Positions 29,557 through 40,155 of a stretch of DNA of 64,000 nucleotides are shown one piece after another. The stretch comes from Escherichia phage vB-EcoP-XT73. A program made the translations under genes and the position numbers. The stretch's first letter is position 1; every line of letters starts with the position of its first letter. Below the pieces are notes generated by a model. It saw only the letters and a list, made by a program, of their open reading frames with translations, did not search any database and was not told the origin of the DNA. The stretch lies in sequence record OR757436.1. One strand, given 5' to 3'.

Positions 29557-30642
29557 TTAATCTACGAGGAATTTGAATGCGTCTTCGTGACTAACGCGAC
29601 CCTCTGCGAATGCCTTGGCAACCTTAGCGTTGTCTGGCTTATTGGAAGTACGAGACTTTGCAGCATCAGACTTCACAACCTTGCGTGGAGCACCGGGACG
29701 TTTAATCTTAGCCATCACCTGCTGCTTACCTTTATCAAATTGGTATGCTTTATGGAGAGCTAGGAAAATAGACGGACGGTTTTCCTTCAATACTTCTTCT
29801 TCAGTAGCACCTAAGTCAATTGCATATTGCATTAAGTTTTGATATAAGTTTTCATCCCAATTTGGAATCTCACGTTTCAGAATATTAACGCACTCAATAC
29901 TTTTGGCTTGGAAAGCTTCCTGTTCTTTAGCTGCTGCTTCCTGCTTAACACGCATCTGAGCCTGTTCAAGCTGGTTACGACGAGCTGTGTACTTCTCTAG
30001 GAAACGTTTGTTTTCAACATATGCTTGAGGATCTTCTACTGCAAGCTTGTCCCAATCAAATCCGTTGTAATCTTCAATTACTCGGTCTGCTTCTAAAGAC
30101 GCTAATTCTAATACATCCTTCAAACCTACTACACGTTCCTCAAATGCTTCCATGTGACGCTGAAGAGTTGATTCTCGTTCGGTCATGTCAGCACCAGTAA
30201 GATAGCCATTGGAGAGTTCTTCAATAGTCATCTCACGTCCATCAGGAAGGGTGATAACGGTTTCGTAGTCTACATCAAAGACCTCACCATCACCGTCAGC
30301 AGAATCATCTTCATACCCTGCATCGCTTGAGTCTTCCTCTTCTGCTTCAGTGTTTTCATCACCTTCATCAGAGTCATCCCCATCTTCTTCGACTTCGCCT
30401 TCCTCATCATGATCTTCCCAACCATCTTCATCTTCGAACTTAAGCTCATCGCTTTCACCGAGAAGGTCGGTATCAAAGTCGAAATTGTCACCGATATCTT
30501 CCGGGAACTCATCGTCAATGTCCACTTCTGGTTCTTGTTCAGATTCTAATCGACCAAGTTCTTCTTTAAAAGAACCTTTCAGGTCATCCAGTTGGAGGAA
30601 AGATTTAAAATCGTTCGGGTCAATATAATTATCTTGTGGCAT
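29557..30642 (-). CDS. putative scaffolding protein
   Basis: Highly acidic N-terminal half and charged helical C-terminal half; between portal and capsid genes. Confidence 0.5.
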   Translation of the reverse strand: MPQDNYIDPNDFKSFLQLDDLKGSFKEELGRLESEQEPEVDIDDEFPEDIGDNFDFDTDLLGESDELKFEDEDGWEDHDEEGEVEEDGDDSDEGDENTEAEEEDSSDAGYEDDSADGDGEVFDVDYETVITLPDGREMTIEELSNGYLTGADMTERESTLQRHMEAFEERVVGLKDVLELASLEADRVIEDYNGFDWDKLAVEDPQAYVENKRFLEKYTARRNQLEQAQMRVKQEAAAKEQEAFQAKSIECVNILKREIPNWDENLYQNLMQYAIDLGATEEEVLKENRPSIFLALHKAYQFDKGKQQVMAKIKRPGAPRKVVKSDAAKSRTSNKPDNAKVAKAFAEGRVSHEDAFKFLVD

Positions 30643-30878
30643 TATGAAACATCTCCTGCACTATTGATAGCAGCTTTTATGACCTCTTTTAAGCTACCCA
30701 CCATTTTATACTTTTGATAACAATCTTCGCGTTTCTTATTCTCATGAGGTTCAGTTTGAACTATCTCTGTCATGAGTCTTTCTTTCAATGCCTCTAATGC
30801 TGCGTCAAGACTGCCGTTAAGATTGAGAGCCGCCAAAGCGGCGGCGTGCTCTTTATTGAATTGATGCCTAATGTTCAT
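30642..30878 (-). CDS. hypothetical small protein
   Basis: AAGGA RBS; between portal and scaffold genes. Confidence 0.4.
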   Translation of the reverse strand: MNIRHQFNKEHAAALAALNLNGSLDAALEALKERLMTEIVQTEPHENKKREDCYQKYKMVGSLKEVIKAAINSAGDVS

Positions 30879-30887
30879 TCGACGTCC

Positions 30888-33131
30888 TTACTTTTTACTT
30901 CCAAGACGTTTGCCTGGAATCCGTGAATCTTTGAGAGAAGCTTGTTGCTCTTTCTTAGTTACATTTGCTTCTTTCTTCTGGAGTTCCAAAGTTTTATCCT
31001 GAACACGAGATTGCTGAACAATCTTCTCTTGGTCAACCTGATGTTCCATAACCATCTGCAATTCTTTCAGTACAGACTCATACTGACGGACCTGCTGTTG
31101 CATAAGAGCTAACTTGTGCTTAGCTTGTTCCAGAGTTGCATTGTTATCTTCTTTACGGTTTTCCAGAGTCATAGCATCTGCTGCATTTTCTTGCTTGAAC
31201 TGCAACTCTTCCTGACGCAGACTTAATTCATCCGCAGCTTTCTGCTGTTCGAATGTAGTACGTTCACGCTGGTCGAATGCATCAGCAATCATCTTCTGAG
31301 AAGAAGCCTGTACGTTCTCAACCTGTGCTTTAGTCATCTCGAGCTGGAGGATTTCCATCGGAGACGGCTCAGGAGGCTGATACTGTTCCAGAGGCAGTAG
31401 GTATTTGTGAGTGTCTTTAATACCCATCAACTCAAAGATCTGTGCAGTCATGTAACGGTCTTGCTCCAAACCGAAGAGAGGTGCTAACTGTGCATCTGCT
31501 GCAATCAGCTGCTTCAAGCTAATCAGTTTCTGTGCACGTTCTGCTTTTTCATTAGGAGAGATAGCTACAACAACTTGAAGATTGTGACGAGCTGGTAATT
31601 GTTTCGGATTTACCTGAACCATACCACGAGGGGTTTGTACCTCAATAGGAACTTCACCATTTTCTCTGATAAGGCTATAAATACCACGCATCAATTCAAC
31701 CATACCATTGTGAGCAATGTTACGACATACCATACGGAGACGGTTCTGTGCAGCATTCATCATCAAGCCTACGGTTGCATAAGCGTTATCGTTCTTAAAC
31801 ACATCAGGGTTGATACCCATGCCAAGTTTAGTTACACCAGTACGTGTCTCTTTAAGCTCCTCAGACATACCTAGGAGGCCATCAATACCTTGAGGTAGGT
31901 TATGGTATGGGAACAGGTCGATAGCGTCCTGACGTTCCATTTCAACCACTCCACCGGGACGGTTATCAAGCAGAGAGCGACGATCGTATGCACCAACAAG
32001 AGCTTTGTATCGACCATAGTTAGCATTGTTGACGTTATCAATATAACCACGAACTAACGCGGTACGTAAATCCTGAATATCTTTCGTAATGTCATAGACT
32101 GACTGACCATAGAAGGAACCCGGAATCGGATACGGACAGAAGGTTACAAACGGAATGTGAGTTACTTCTTCAGTGTGAAGGATATGCTCACCAGCTTGAA
32201 TAACCTGATAGAGTTTAGATTCTTTATTCTTATCTAGAACACCAGTACGGATGTAGTGCTCATAAACCCAAACCATAGTAGCGATATCTTCAGTATCTGT
32301 GCCAATGTCAGCATCAATGTCCTGACGCCAGTCAGTACGAGACCAAGCAACTGTAGATTGAGTGGTATCCATCGTGTCTGTCCAGTCATTAAATGCTTCA
32401 ATCTCATCTTTAGGGAAGCCCATAGCAACCAGATCTTCTTTAGAACGACGTACACGATGACAGAAATATTGTGCATCTGCAAAAGAGGTAGCATGTTCAT
32501 CAACAAAGATTTGCTCTGAAGGAACATATTCAACTTTCACACGTTTAACAGTTTGTTCATAAGTAACTTTAACATCTACTGTACCGTCTTCATTTTCTTC
32601 AGTGAAGATTTCCAGATTCTTGAGTCCACCAGCTTCTAATCCCTGAACATATGCAGCCAACGCTTCCGGTGGTACACCTTCAGCTTCTTCAGTTTGAGTA
32701 GAAGTGTGCTCATCCCAATAATACTTGATAAAAGAGTTACGAGTAACTAGACATTCTTGTGCAGCAGAGGAGATAATATTGTATCCCGGATTGTCACGCA
32801 GAAGAATTTGGTTAACTAGTTTAGTTGCTACATCAGCAGCATCAGAGTCCTGTTGGTTATCAGCTACAAAAGTAACTGCTTCATCACCAGAACAGAATAC
32901 GTTAATAATATCTTGCAATGTACCGTTAACGGATTCCCAAACAGTACGATCTACCCAACTAGAGCTGCCAGCAGTTACTGGTGCAGGTAAGTTACCATAG
33001 AAATATTCCCAAGCTTCACGAGCATAGCCCTTAACAGCCATGTCAACGTAACCTTGAGCGTAATTAAAACGACGTTGAAGGTCAACACGTAACTCGTCCA
33101 ACACCTCTTCACTATATTTTTGCTTAGCCAT
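30888..33131 (-). CDS. putative portal protein
   Basis: 747 aa between terminase and scaffold genes; strong RBS; C-terminal charged helical tail. Confidence 0.6.
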   Translation of the reverse strand: MAKQKYSEEVLDELRVDLQRRFNYAQGYVDMAVKGYAREAWEYFYGNLPAPVTAGSSSWVDRTVWESVNGTLQDIINVFCSGDEAVTFVADNQQDSDAADVATKLVNQILLRDNPGYNIISSAAQECLVTRNSFIKYYWDEHTSTQTEEAEGVPPEALAAYVQGLEAGGLKNLEIFTEENEDGTVDVKVTYEQTVKRVKVEYVPSEQIFVDEHATSFADAQYFCHRVRRSKEDLVAMGFPKDEIEAFNDWTDTMDTTQSTVAWSRTDWRQDIDADIGTDTEDIATMVWVYEHYIRTGVLDKNKESKLYQVIQAGEHILHTEEVTHIPFVTFCPYPIPGSFYGQSVYDITKDIQDLRTALVRGYIDNVNNANYGRYKALVGAYDRRSLLDNRPGGVVEMERQDAIDLFPYHNLPQGIDGLLGMSEELKETRTGVTKLGMGINPDVFKNDNAYATVGLMMNAAQNRLRMVCRNIAHNGMVELMRGIYSLIRENGEVPIEVQTPRGMVQVNPKQLPARHNLQVVVAISPNEKAERAQKLISLKQLIAADAQLAPLFGLEQDRYMTAQIFELMGIKDTHKYLLPLEQYQPPEPSPMEILQLEMTKAQVENVQASSQKMIADAFDQRERTTFEQQKAADELSLRQEELQFKQENAADAMTLENRKEDNNATLEQAKHKLALMQQQVRQYESVLKELQMVMEHQVDQEKIVQQSRVQDKTLELQKKEANVTKKEQQASLKDSRIPGKRLGSKK

Positions 33132-33157
33132 CTATTCTCTCCCTCGGTTGATAGCTT

Positions 33158-33195
33158 AAATAAAAGAAGGGAGGACAAACCTCCCCTCTTGTTTT
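33158..33195. terminator. hairpin / possible attenuator between terminase and portal genes
   Basis: AGAGGGGAGG-TTTGT-CCTCCCTTCT with U-rich flank on the - strand. Confidence 0.35.
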
Positions 33196-33357
33196 TCTTT
33201 CTAGCTGCACTTAAGGTAGCAAATCACCTGAATTTCTTAACCATAAGACTAAAAGGGAGGTCGTAGCCTACTCTCCCCAACAAGCCGCCAGAATGCTTGT
33301 CCCCTACACTAGAAAGACCAATTTCTGGCCTAAGTCTCTCTAGAAACTCTTAGGATT

Positions 33358-34899
33358 TTAGTAGCTCTGATTCCATCTGCTTACGTTTGCCTCATACAAA
33401 GAAGCGCTTCCGTAGCTAACATCATGCTTAGAGCGACCACGATGTGTAACAGAGCACGCTGAATAGCGCATTGCATCCATTAAGTCATCATGTTCTTTAA
33501 TAATCTTACCAACCTTACGGTGATATCTAGCTTTCTCTTCGAATAGCTTAGCGTTAGCGGCTGTGTTAAAGACTTTAAAGCGTCCACTCATCATTCTTTC
33601 TCGGATATCTGTGATTCCCGGTTCTACAAAGAAGTTCTTTTTACCATCCATTCCAATTTTGTTGTAGAAGGTCTCACTCTGTACGTTAACTCCTGCATTC
33701 TTATAGAATTGAGCAACAGATGAGCCACTACCTTTCTCAGTATTGTCCGCATCATGCGGTAGGATGACAGGAATCCACTGACCACGACCATTAATAGCTG
33801 GAGCATGATACACTGGAGTAAAGCCACCTTCTTTATATGAGTCGTAAACATAGATAGTATCCGTGTTTGCATCGTAAGCTGTCCAAACAGCAGCAGTTGG
33901 GTGATCAATACCAATATCAATTGCACAGACACGTTTCCACGTATCAGGAATTTCGAATGGTTCACATTTAATTGTGTCATCCGATACATCATATATCAAA
34001 CCACTTCCTAACAATGGCATACCTTTTGAACGCATCTCTAACTGCCACGCTGGAATACCTTCAGTCATATCTTTTATATCTTGGTCAGTGATGTGTCCAC
34101 CTAGGTCTGCATGAGCATCCCACCAAGAAGCATTCTGGAAATACAGAGAACCTGTGTTCTCATCTCCTTCACCTTTCATAAATTTATCTACCAGTTCAGT
34201 TAAACCGTTCTCTGGTGTAGCTGTAATTGTAACTAGACCTTTAGTTGTGAGTGTACGTGTGACGCACTGTGCGAATATAGCCATAGACTCGTATGGATCT
34301 TCTTCGTCTAACCAAATGTAGTCAACTGTTGCACCCATCAATGTGTGTTCACCCTGTTGGGTTGAACGGAATTCTAATGTACTTAAACCGTCAAACTCTC
34401 CTCTCTCATTTTGATGTTTGATTTGTACGATTTGAAGTTTGTTACCATCTCGTTCTATCGTATCAATGACGATAGCATCACGAGGAATGACACCTGTCCC
34501 TAATAAATTTGTATCCTTTCCGATAGGTGTACCAAACAATTCCTTTTGCAATACTTTCCTTGTGGAATCCCCTGTAATACCAACTGCCCATGCTAAGATA
34601 GGTCTTTTAAATTTATATCCTGTCCACCAAGTTGGGTAGCGACCTGTGACATGACAAGCAAACTCGTATGCCTCGCTATAAGATTTACCAACACGGTTCG
34701 CTGCACACAAGAATCTAAAGCGATGCTTCAATCCTGCTGCATAAAATTTCTTTTGGAAGTCATACGCCTTGAAAGACAAAATCTTATTATACTTCCTCCA
34801 TTGGTCACGCTCTTTCAACATATTCAATAGTGCTTTCTTTTCGTCTACACTAAGGTTGTTACCAGTTAGAGCTTCATAAATTTGTTTATCTAATGACAT
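33358..34899 (-). CDS. terminase large subunit
   Basis: Walker A-like AANRVGKS, Walker B-like IWLDEED, nuclease-domain acidic motifs (CAIDIGIDH, HDDLMDAMRY). Confidence 0.85.
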   Translation of the reverse strand: MSLDKQIYEALTGNNLSVDEKKALLNMLKERDQWRKYNKILSFKAYDFQKKFYAAGLKHRFRFLCAANRVGKSYSEAYEFACHVTGRYPTWWTGYKFKRPILAWAVGITGDSTRKVLQKELFGTPIGKDTNLLGTGVIPRDAIVIDTIERDGNKLQIVQIKHQNERGEFDGLSTLEFRSTQQGEHTLMGATVDYIWLDEEDPYESMAIFAQCVTRTLTTKGLVTITATPENGLTELVDKFMKGEGDENTGSLYFQNASWWDAHADLGGHITDQDIKDMTEGIPAWQLEMRSKGMPLLGSGLIYDVSDDTIKCEPFEIPDTWKRVCAIDIGIDHPTAAVWTAYDANTDTIYVYDSYKEGGFTPVYHAPAINGRGQWIPVILPHDADNTEKGSGSSVAQFYKNAGVNVQSETFYNKIGMDGKKNFFVEPGITDIRERMMSGRFKVFNTAANAKLFEEKARYHRKVGKIIKEHDDLMDAMRYSACSVTHRGRSKHDVSYGSASLYEANVSRWNQSY

Positions 34900-35060
34900 A
34901 CTTCCTCCAGTTTAAAAATAGAAAAGGGAAAGTCCCTTCGTCAAAGAACCTCCCCTCTCCACTACAAGGGTACACTGCAAAAGAACATCGTGGCAATAAA
35001 ACTATAACAACCCTCAGATTGCTAATCAGATGATCTTCGACAGCTCCCTGTTTCCTTTAA

Positions 35061-35534
35061 TTAACTCTCGTCCGCTTCCTCCCCCTTTTCAGCGTCCTCA
35101 GAGTTGTCTTCTTCTGGAGGCATAACGTCGATACCAAGTGCTCCAGTCAAGAAGTCCTTGATTTGTGCATTCAATGATTCTTCGTTAATTACATTCTCTT
35201 CCTCAATCTTAACTTCAACAGAGGCCGCCTTAGGATATACCAGATCTGCAACTTTTGATGCAGCCTTGAATCTAAGATCAGGTGGAATATTAGGATCTTC
35301 GTAAATTTGAATTAACACTTCATCAGGAGACAAATGACTTGCAGCAACACGGTCCAACATTAATTGTGTCAGTTTACCTCTACTACCTCTGGGTCGTCCG
35401 AATTTATTTCCCTTTTGAAACTTCCCATTGCTTGGGTTCATACCACGGCCTTCAAGTTCTTCCGTTACTCCGGGTAATCTTCCTGTAATCTCAGCTACCT
35501 GTGCAGGCGTGAGTTCTCCGTTTTCTCCAAACAT
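35061..35534 (-). CDS. putative terminase small subunit / DNA-binding protein
   Basis: Located upstream of the large terminase; basic GNKFGRPRGSRG segment and acidic C-terminus. Confidence 0.35.
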   Translation of the reverse strand: MFGENGELTPAQVAEITGRLPGVTEELEGRGMNPSNGKFQKGNKFGRPRGSRGKLTQLMLDRVAASHLSPDEVLIQIYEDPNIPPDLRFKAASKVADLVYPKAASVEVKIEEENVINEESLNAQIKDFLTGALGIDVMPPEEDNSEDAEKGEEADES

Positions 35535-35590
35535 TTTATACTCCTTCTACATTATCAACAACACAAAAAGCCTCCCAAGGGAGGCAAACA

Positions 35591-36223
35591 TTACTTACAA
35601 TCACCAACGGACAGGTTAAACATCTTACCTAAAGTAACTATCTCACCCTCCCACGGAAGTTCTACACCCTTCTCTTCCTCTAAAAGAATAGAGCCGTCGA
35701 CCAAAAATTTTTCGTAGTCTCGCAGTGCGTCGTCTACTAACTCACTCTTGTGAATCCACGTAATTGTTTCTGTACCATCTTCTTCGATTCGAACATCACG
35801 ATGCCATTCATCTTTAGAGGTAATGTAATCATGGAGCATTTCATATTCAGCTTCTTCAATCATCTCAATCATTGCACGAGCATAGTCAGGAAGGTGATCA
35901 TGTTTAGTAGATTCATATTCAACTACTTCCAGAGTAGATGGTTGTGTTTTAGTTTTAGAGTTAGGGCGAGTAGTATGAATCAAATCTAACATGTTTTTGT
36001 TCTCCGTAATATTTGGTTTAAGAATACTTCCACTATACAAATCTTGTACAGCCAGTCCTGAGATGTTTCCCATAGTTTCTAAATGTTGTAAGCTACAACC
36101 AGAGCGACATAGCTGTGAATTATACTCGTTAAGGTCCATCGCTTGGGTGTGGAAAGGAGAGCCAGAAGGGAAACTACCTCCATAAATACCTTCCATGTTA
36201 CGTGCGATTATTTGATTATTCAT
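35591..36223 (-). CDS. hypothetical protein
   Basis: Strong RBS (GGGAGAG); no recognisable motif. Confidence 0.45.
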   Translation of the reverse strand: MNNQIIARNMEGIYGGSFPSGSPFHTQAMDLNEYNSQLCRSGCSLQHLETMGNISGLAVQDLYSGSILKPNITENKNMLDLIHTTRPNSKTKTQPSTLEVVEYESTKHDHLPDYARAMIEMIEEAEYEMLHDYITSKDEWHRDVRIEEDGTETITWIHKSELVDDALRDYEKFLVDGSILLEEEKGVELPWEGEIVTLGKMFNLSVGDCK

Positions 36224-36470
36224 CTGTCTCTCCCTTGCTGTAATCTTTATACGTTTCTACTTTGTAAGTGCAGAATGCTCTAAAGAAGAGCCAACCTAAG
36301 CTACTCACATCAATGGTAATATCGAAATCTGTTTCATCATCTAGGTCAACAAGACGACCTAAGCATGTAGCTTCCATCCCATCTTCAGAGTCACTATTGA
36401 CTACGAAAGCGTATGTCTCCGTTCTGAACCGAGGCACTATCTCTGATAAAAAGTCTAATACTAAATTCAT
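36216..36470 (-). CDS. hypothetical acidic protein
   Basis: GAGGAG RBS; first clearly supported gene of the - strand block. Confidence 0.4.
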   Translation of the reverse strand: MNLVLDFLSEIVPRFRTETYAFVVNSDSEDGMEATCLGRLVDLDDETDFDITIDVSSLGWLFFRAFCTYKVETYKDYSKGETDE

Positions 36471-36495
36471 AACTCTTCTCCTCTGAATAAGAGTA

Positions 36496-36622
36496 TAAAG
36501 GGCTAGTCATATCTAACCCGTAAAGGCCACGTCATCAAAGATGACTACCTCATACTAACAACCCGTGTACTCTGAAGTAAAGGGCATGTCATAAAGGCAC
36601 CCTCATGTTAAGGCCATGTCAT
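36496..36622. repeat. iteron-like direct repeats TAAAGGC(C)AnGTCAT, 4-5 copies
   Basis: Copies at 36496, 36521, 36578, 36608 plus a variant at 36593, in the divergent intergenic region. Confidence 0.6.
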
Positions 36623-36701
36623 TAGTCATACTTGATACATCTTGCTATAGAGAAGCAGATGAATAAACAGAAGACTATTACTAACCAAAAGATTATTTCC
36701 A

Positions 36702-36863
36702 TTAAGACCTATCCACCCACGTACTGAATCTCAACTTACCACATTCCTTACACTTCCATGTTGATAGGTAGAGACCGTGTATTCTTTCATCCCCGTAAGC
36801 TTTACGAAGAAGGTAGTAATTGTGCTTACACTTCATCCGTCTAAATACTTTAATTAGATTCAT
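36702..36863 (-). CDS. hypothetical small zinc-ribbon protein (53 aa)
   Basis: AAGAGAG RBS before ATG 36863; C-x-H...C-x-x-C. Confidence 0.25.
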   Translation of the reverse strand: MNLIKVFRRMKCKHNYYLLRKAYGDERIHGLYLSTWKCKECGKLRFSTWVDRS

Positions 36864-37015
36864 TAAGTTCTCTCTTAAGCTTATATATAACAGTTCAAAA
36901 TTCTGATTTGACCGAGTGGGGCTAGGCCCTCTGCGGCGAATTGTTAAAAAGGGGGAGTCCTCAAATAAAAAATGGTTATTGGCAATGCCTTTACACCTTC
37001 TTCCACGTTCCAACC

Positions 37016-37457
37016 TTTCCCCGTGCCTACTCCCCGTAATTATTTCCCCGTGTATACCATCCTATTCATTACCTACCCGTTTATTTAGTACCCCTTTACT
37101 GAATGGATGAAAGGCTAGCACTGTATAGGCACATTCATAACCAGGATAATAATACCGTATTGTTACCGTTCAGCTCCCCATAGTTTGATTGTAAATAGTT
37201 TCAATAGTGATTGTTATGAGTGCAATAATGATGTATGTATTAATTAAGTGGATAATGGTTGATGTGTGTTATTGTTTCTTTTAATTACTTTCTTTTTCAG
37301 CGTGCATGAGCGTAGCGAATGGTCTTTGATGTTTGAGTTATACAATTATTTAAGTGGTATATTATTACCGCACTATCTGGCAATGTTCCCCCGTGGTCTG
37401 TCCTGCGGTTGTATGTTCCCCGTCCTATAGAGATAGTAGAAATATTTTACCCGTAGG
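37016..37457. promoter_or_regulatory. cluster of TTCCCCGT / ACCCGT motif copies in a non-coding control region
   Basis: At least 7 copies (37016, 37030, 37044, 37074, 37386, 37415, 37447). Confidence 0.4.
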
Positions 37458-37727
37458 ACTTGCTTTCTTTATTAAGAAGTAGTAAATTGTATTCATCGAA
37501 GCGAAGCAGTGATGCAAAGTAGCTAGATGGTAGTAAGCTCCATGAAGGATAATCGTCCTAAGTAGTGGAGAATGTTTAAAGATAAGGACTCTGCGATTGA
37601 CTGGTGAAAGCTGGAACACTATCGAGTCAGTGAAGAGGCCAACTGAGCAATGGCCCTACGTATAAAAGAGAAATACGTGCTATCTTGTGAAACATGAAAC
37701 CAAATACACATCAATGAGGATTCACAA

Positions 37728-38219
37728 ATGGCTAAAGTAATGCAGGTAGTTAATCTGGCAAGCTATGTACTGGTTGCCGCGATCGGTGTTAGTGCACTGG
37801 TAACATCTCTTTCTGATAAGGCTATCGCTAGTCCAGCTCCTGCAACTAATGCCGCTGATGTTTTCGCTAGTTCCATTAATAAAGGTTGGATGATTTGCAA
37901 CGGTGCGGATAGTGACGGCAATACCATCGCGTTAAAGATGAAATTTAGTAACGTAACAAATGAAGGCGTTCTCTTTCAATCTAAGACGTTGGATGGTCAG
38001 CCTAACAGTGATCTGGTACTCAAGCGTGCTGATAATGATGCGGATATGGTGACGTATGGCACTGTACAACGTTACGAAGACGTTAAAGCTGTAACCAACC
38101 TAGTGAGTTATGGTCCGGTCAATGAGTCGATGATTGCTACCACTGTTTACAATAACGCTGATAACGCTGTTTATACTATTCACGTTAATCTGTCAAATTG
38201 TATTAAAGCTAGCAAATGA
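37728..38219 (+). CDS. hypothetical exported or membrane-anchored protein
   Basis: N-terminal hydrophobic signal-like segment; RBS. Confidence 0.5.
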   Translation: MAKVMQVVNLASYVLVAAIGVSALVTSLSDKAIASPAPATNAADVFASSINKGWMICNGADSDGNTIALKMKFSNVTNEGVLFQSKTLDGQPNSDLVLKRADNDADMVTYGTVQRYEDVKAVTNLVSYGPVNESMIATTVYNNADNAVYTIHVNLSNCIKASK

Positions 38220-38323
38220 AAAAATTAATTTGCAATACTAGCTCAACCTTGCTATCTTTAGCTTTCACCGCGATTGCTACGGCAATAGCATATTATGTTC
38301 TTGTTGTTTTGGGAGTGTAGGTT

Positions 38324-38575
38324 ATGGCTATCAAAGAAGTTAAATTGTCTAACGGTTTTTCCTGTTTCGTCGGTCGTTCTGAAATCATGTTTAATACACT
38401 TGATGGTCAGATAACTTTTCCTATCGTCACTTTTTGCAAGATGGAATATCAGCCTCTTAAGGACTGGTTAGCCTTTGCTAATTTCGAAATTAACCGCGAT
38501 GACTTCCGCTCAATCTATATTGACGGTGATTTGACTCTGGCTAACCTGCTTAGTGAAGGATTAATACATGGCTAA
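38324..38575 (+). CDS. hypothetical protein
   Basis: RBS; ATGA-type overlap with the next gene. Confidence 0.4.
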   Translation: MAIKEVKLSNGFSCFVGRSEIMFNTLDGQITFPIVTFCKMEYQPLKDWLAFANFEINRDDFRSIYIDGDLTLANLLSEGLIHG

Positions 38576-38822
38576 AGAGCATAGCTTTACTATCCCGACT
38601 TACAATTACGGTGAGATTGATTTCTCATATACGGATAACTCTGACAAGTGTCTAATCTTGTTTGTTGTCGGTGACAATATTAATGCGATCGACTTCCCTG
38701 CGGTCGCTCTAATCATGGATGGCGTTAAAGCAGGCCATTATCTGGCGCAACGTGGGATTCTTCTGTCGCTGGAAGAAATCGAACTACTTAGAGTAGCACT
38801 ATTTAAAGGTAAAGGCAACTAA
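38568..38822 (+). CDS. hypothetical protein
   Basis: Overlapping start with the upstream gene. Confidence 0.4.
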   Translation: MAKEHSFTIPTYNYGEIDFSYTDNSDKCLILFVVGDNINAIDFPAVALIMDGVKAGHYLAQRGILLSLEEIELLRVALFKGKGN

Positions 38823-39021
38823 TGATCCATGATTATTTTTGGCGGTGCTTGTTCGTTGTTACAGTGGCGTTATTCGTAGCTGATATGCTTTATTCTTACA
38901 TTCTATAGAGTCCGGTTGTGTTATTTCTGTTTTTGTTTGTCGTTGGCTTCATTTCTTTAAATTATTTATTGATTGTTGCCGCTTTCGATATTCTTAAACT
39001 CATTACTAAAGGTTAACTATT

Positions 39022-39387
39022 ATGTGGTTTATTAAATTCGTCGTTAAAACGGTTGTAGGCTTTTTTCTGGTTGTTCTTCTGTTGGGTGTCCTGCTATCAG
39101 CTATGGGTAGCGTTAAGGCTGCAACATTTTCCCCTGCTACGGTTGACGGCTTGCAATGTACCTACCTTGTAGAAAACTATTCGACTGGTAAAAAGTCACC
39201 TAAGGTTATTATTTTACATGTAAATGATTTCGAGCATGTACAATCATACGCTAAGACTATTCAGCTAGTGAATGAAACCACTGGCAAACAAATCACGGTC
39301 GATCACTTGATGCGCTCGTCGTTGACGCTCTTTGACGAGTCTATGAATGAAGTAGAATCCGGTAACGGTCAGTGTGTAAATCCTTAA
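39022..39387 (+). CDS. hypothetical secreted protein
   Basis: Signal peptide (MWFIKFVVKTVVGFFLVVLLLGVLLSAMGSVKA). Confidence 0.5.
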   Translation: MWFIKFVVKTVVGFFLVVLLLGVLLSAMGSVKAATFSPATVDGLQCTYLVENYSTGKKSPKVIILHVNDFEHVQSYAKTIQLVNETTGKQITVDHLMRSSLTLFDESMNEVESGNGQCVNP

Positions 39388-39466
39388 TCCTTGTGGGCCT
39401 GTTCTTTTTGACCATTGTCGGTGCAATGGGCCTTTTCTATGCTGTCATAATGTTAGGAGTTTAAAA

Positions 39467-39790
39467 ATGAAGAAGTTAATCGTTGGCTTGGCTGTTGGTT
39501 TGTCTTTGTTTGCTGGTAGTGCTAGCGCATACATGAAATGCGGAAGCATTGGAGTGGTCACAGCCTCTAATGGTGCTAAAAATCTCACCGCTTTAGGTAA
39601 GACTTGGTCCGCTACTGAGGTTATCACTTTAGAAAATGGCTTAAAGGCTGTAATCTATGATAACCGGAAAGATGGTTCAATTCTTCGGGTTGTTCCTACG
39701 GAAGATGGGAAAACGGTTGCCATTATCTATTATCGAGATGCGGAATCTAATCTTAATGGTAATCCTGTGCTTTCCGGTATGTGCCGATAG
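39467..39790 (+). CDS. hypothetical secreted (periplasmic) protein
   Basis: Sec-type signal peptide MKKLIVGLAVGLSLFAGSASA. Confidence 0.5.
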   Translation: MKKLIVGLAVGLSLFAGSASAYMKCGSIGVVTASNGAKNLTALGKTWSATEVITLENGLKAVIYDNRKDGSILRVVPTEDGKTVAIIYYRDAESNLNGNPVLSGMCR

Positions 39791-39818
39791 TCTATCTGAT
39801 GCTCTAAATCCTTCCTAT

Positions 39819-39840
39819 AAGCCTCCTAGTGAGGCTTTTC
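39819..39840 (+). terminator. putative terminator
   Basis: AAGCCTC-CTAGT-GAGGCTT then TTTCTCATTT. Confidence 0.35.
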
Positions 39841-40127
39841 TCATTTCTAAGGTGATTGTATTCCTTACCCTCCTTTAGCTCATTGTGATGCGTCTGAGAG
39901 CGTCAAATAGTGCTTTACAAGCCTGTTTTAGTATGTTATTCGCGTGCGCGTTCCTTTACCTACTCCTCTACGAAAAAGTTTAAAATAATTTGCTTTGCCC
40001 TATTGCATTACTCACTGGTTGGCGTATACTTCAATTCATCGGGTACGATGAAAAACATACAAGGCAAGAAATTGCCCCGCTCTTTAAAAATCAGGCTAGA
40101 AAGTGAAAAAATACTTGAAAAAAGTAT

Positions 40128-40155
40128 TTGACAACTGGAAAGCCTAACCTATAAT
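40128..40155 (+). promoter_or_regulatory. near-consensus sigma-70-type promoter
   Basis: TTGACA, 16-bp spacer, TATAAT, with A/T-rich upstream flank. Confidence 0.4.

Noticed and set aside
36702-37013. Full 103-aa TTG-initiated - strand ORF
   Set aside because: The TTG start lacks a usable SD and the 5' half runs through the repeat-rich control region; only the 3' 53-aa segment (ATG 36863 with RBS) is retained, at low confidence.
39910-40131. 73-aa + strand ORF in the 1.7-kb non-coding region
   Set aside because: No RBS; spans the repeated CCCCGCTCTTTAA motif and a promoter; more likely regulatory DNA.
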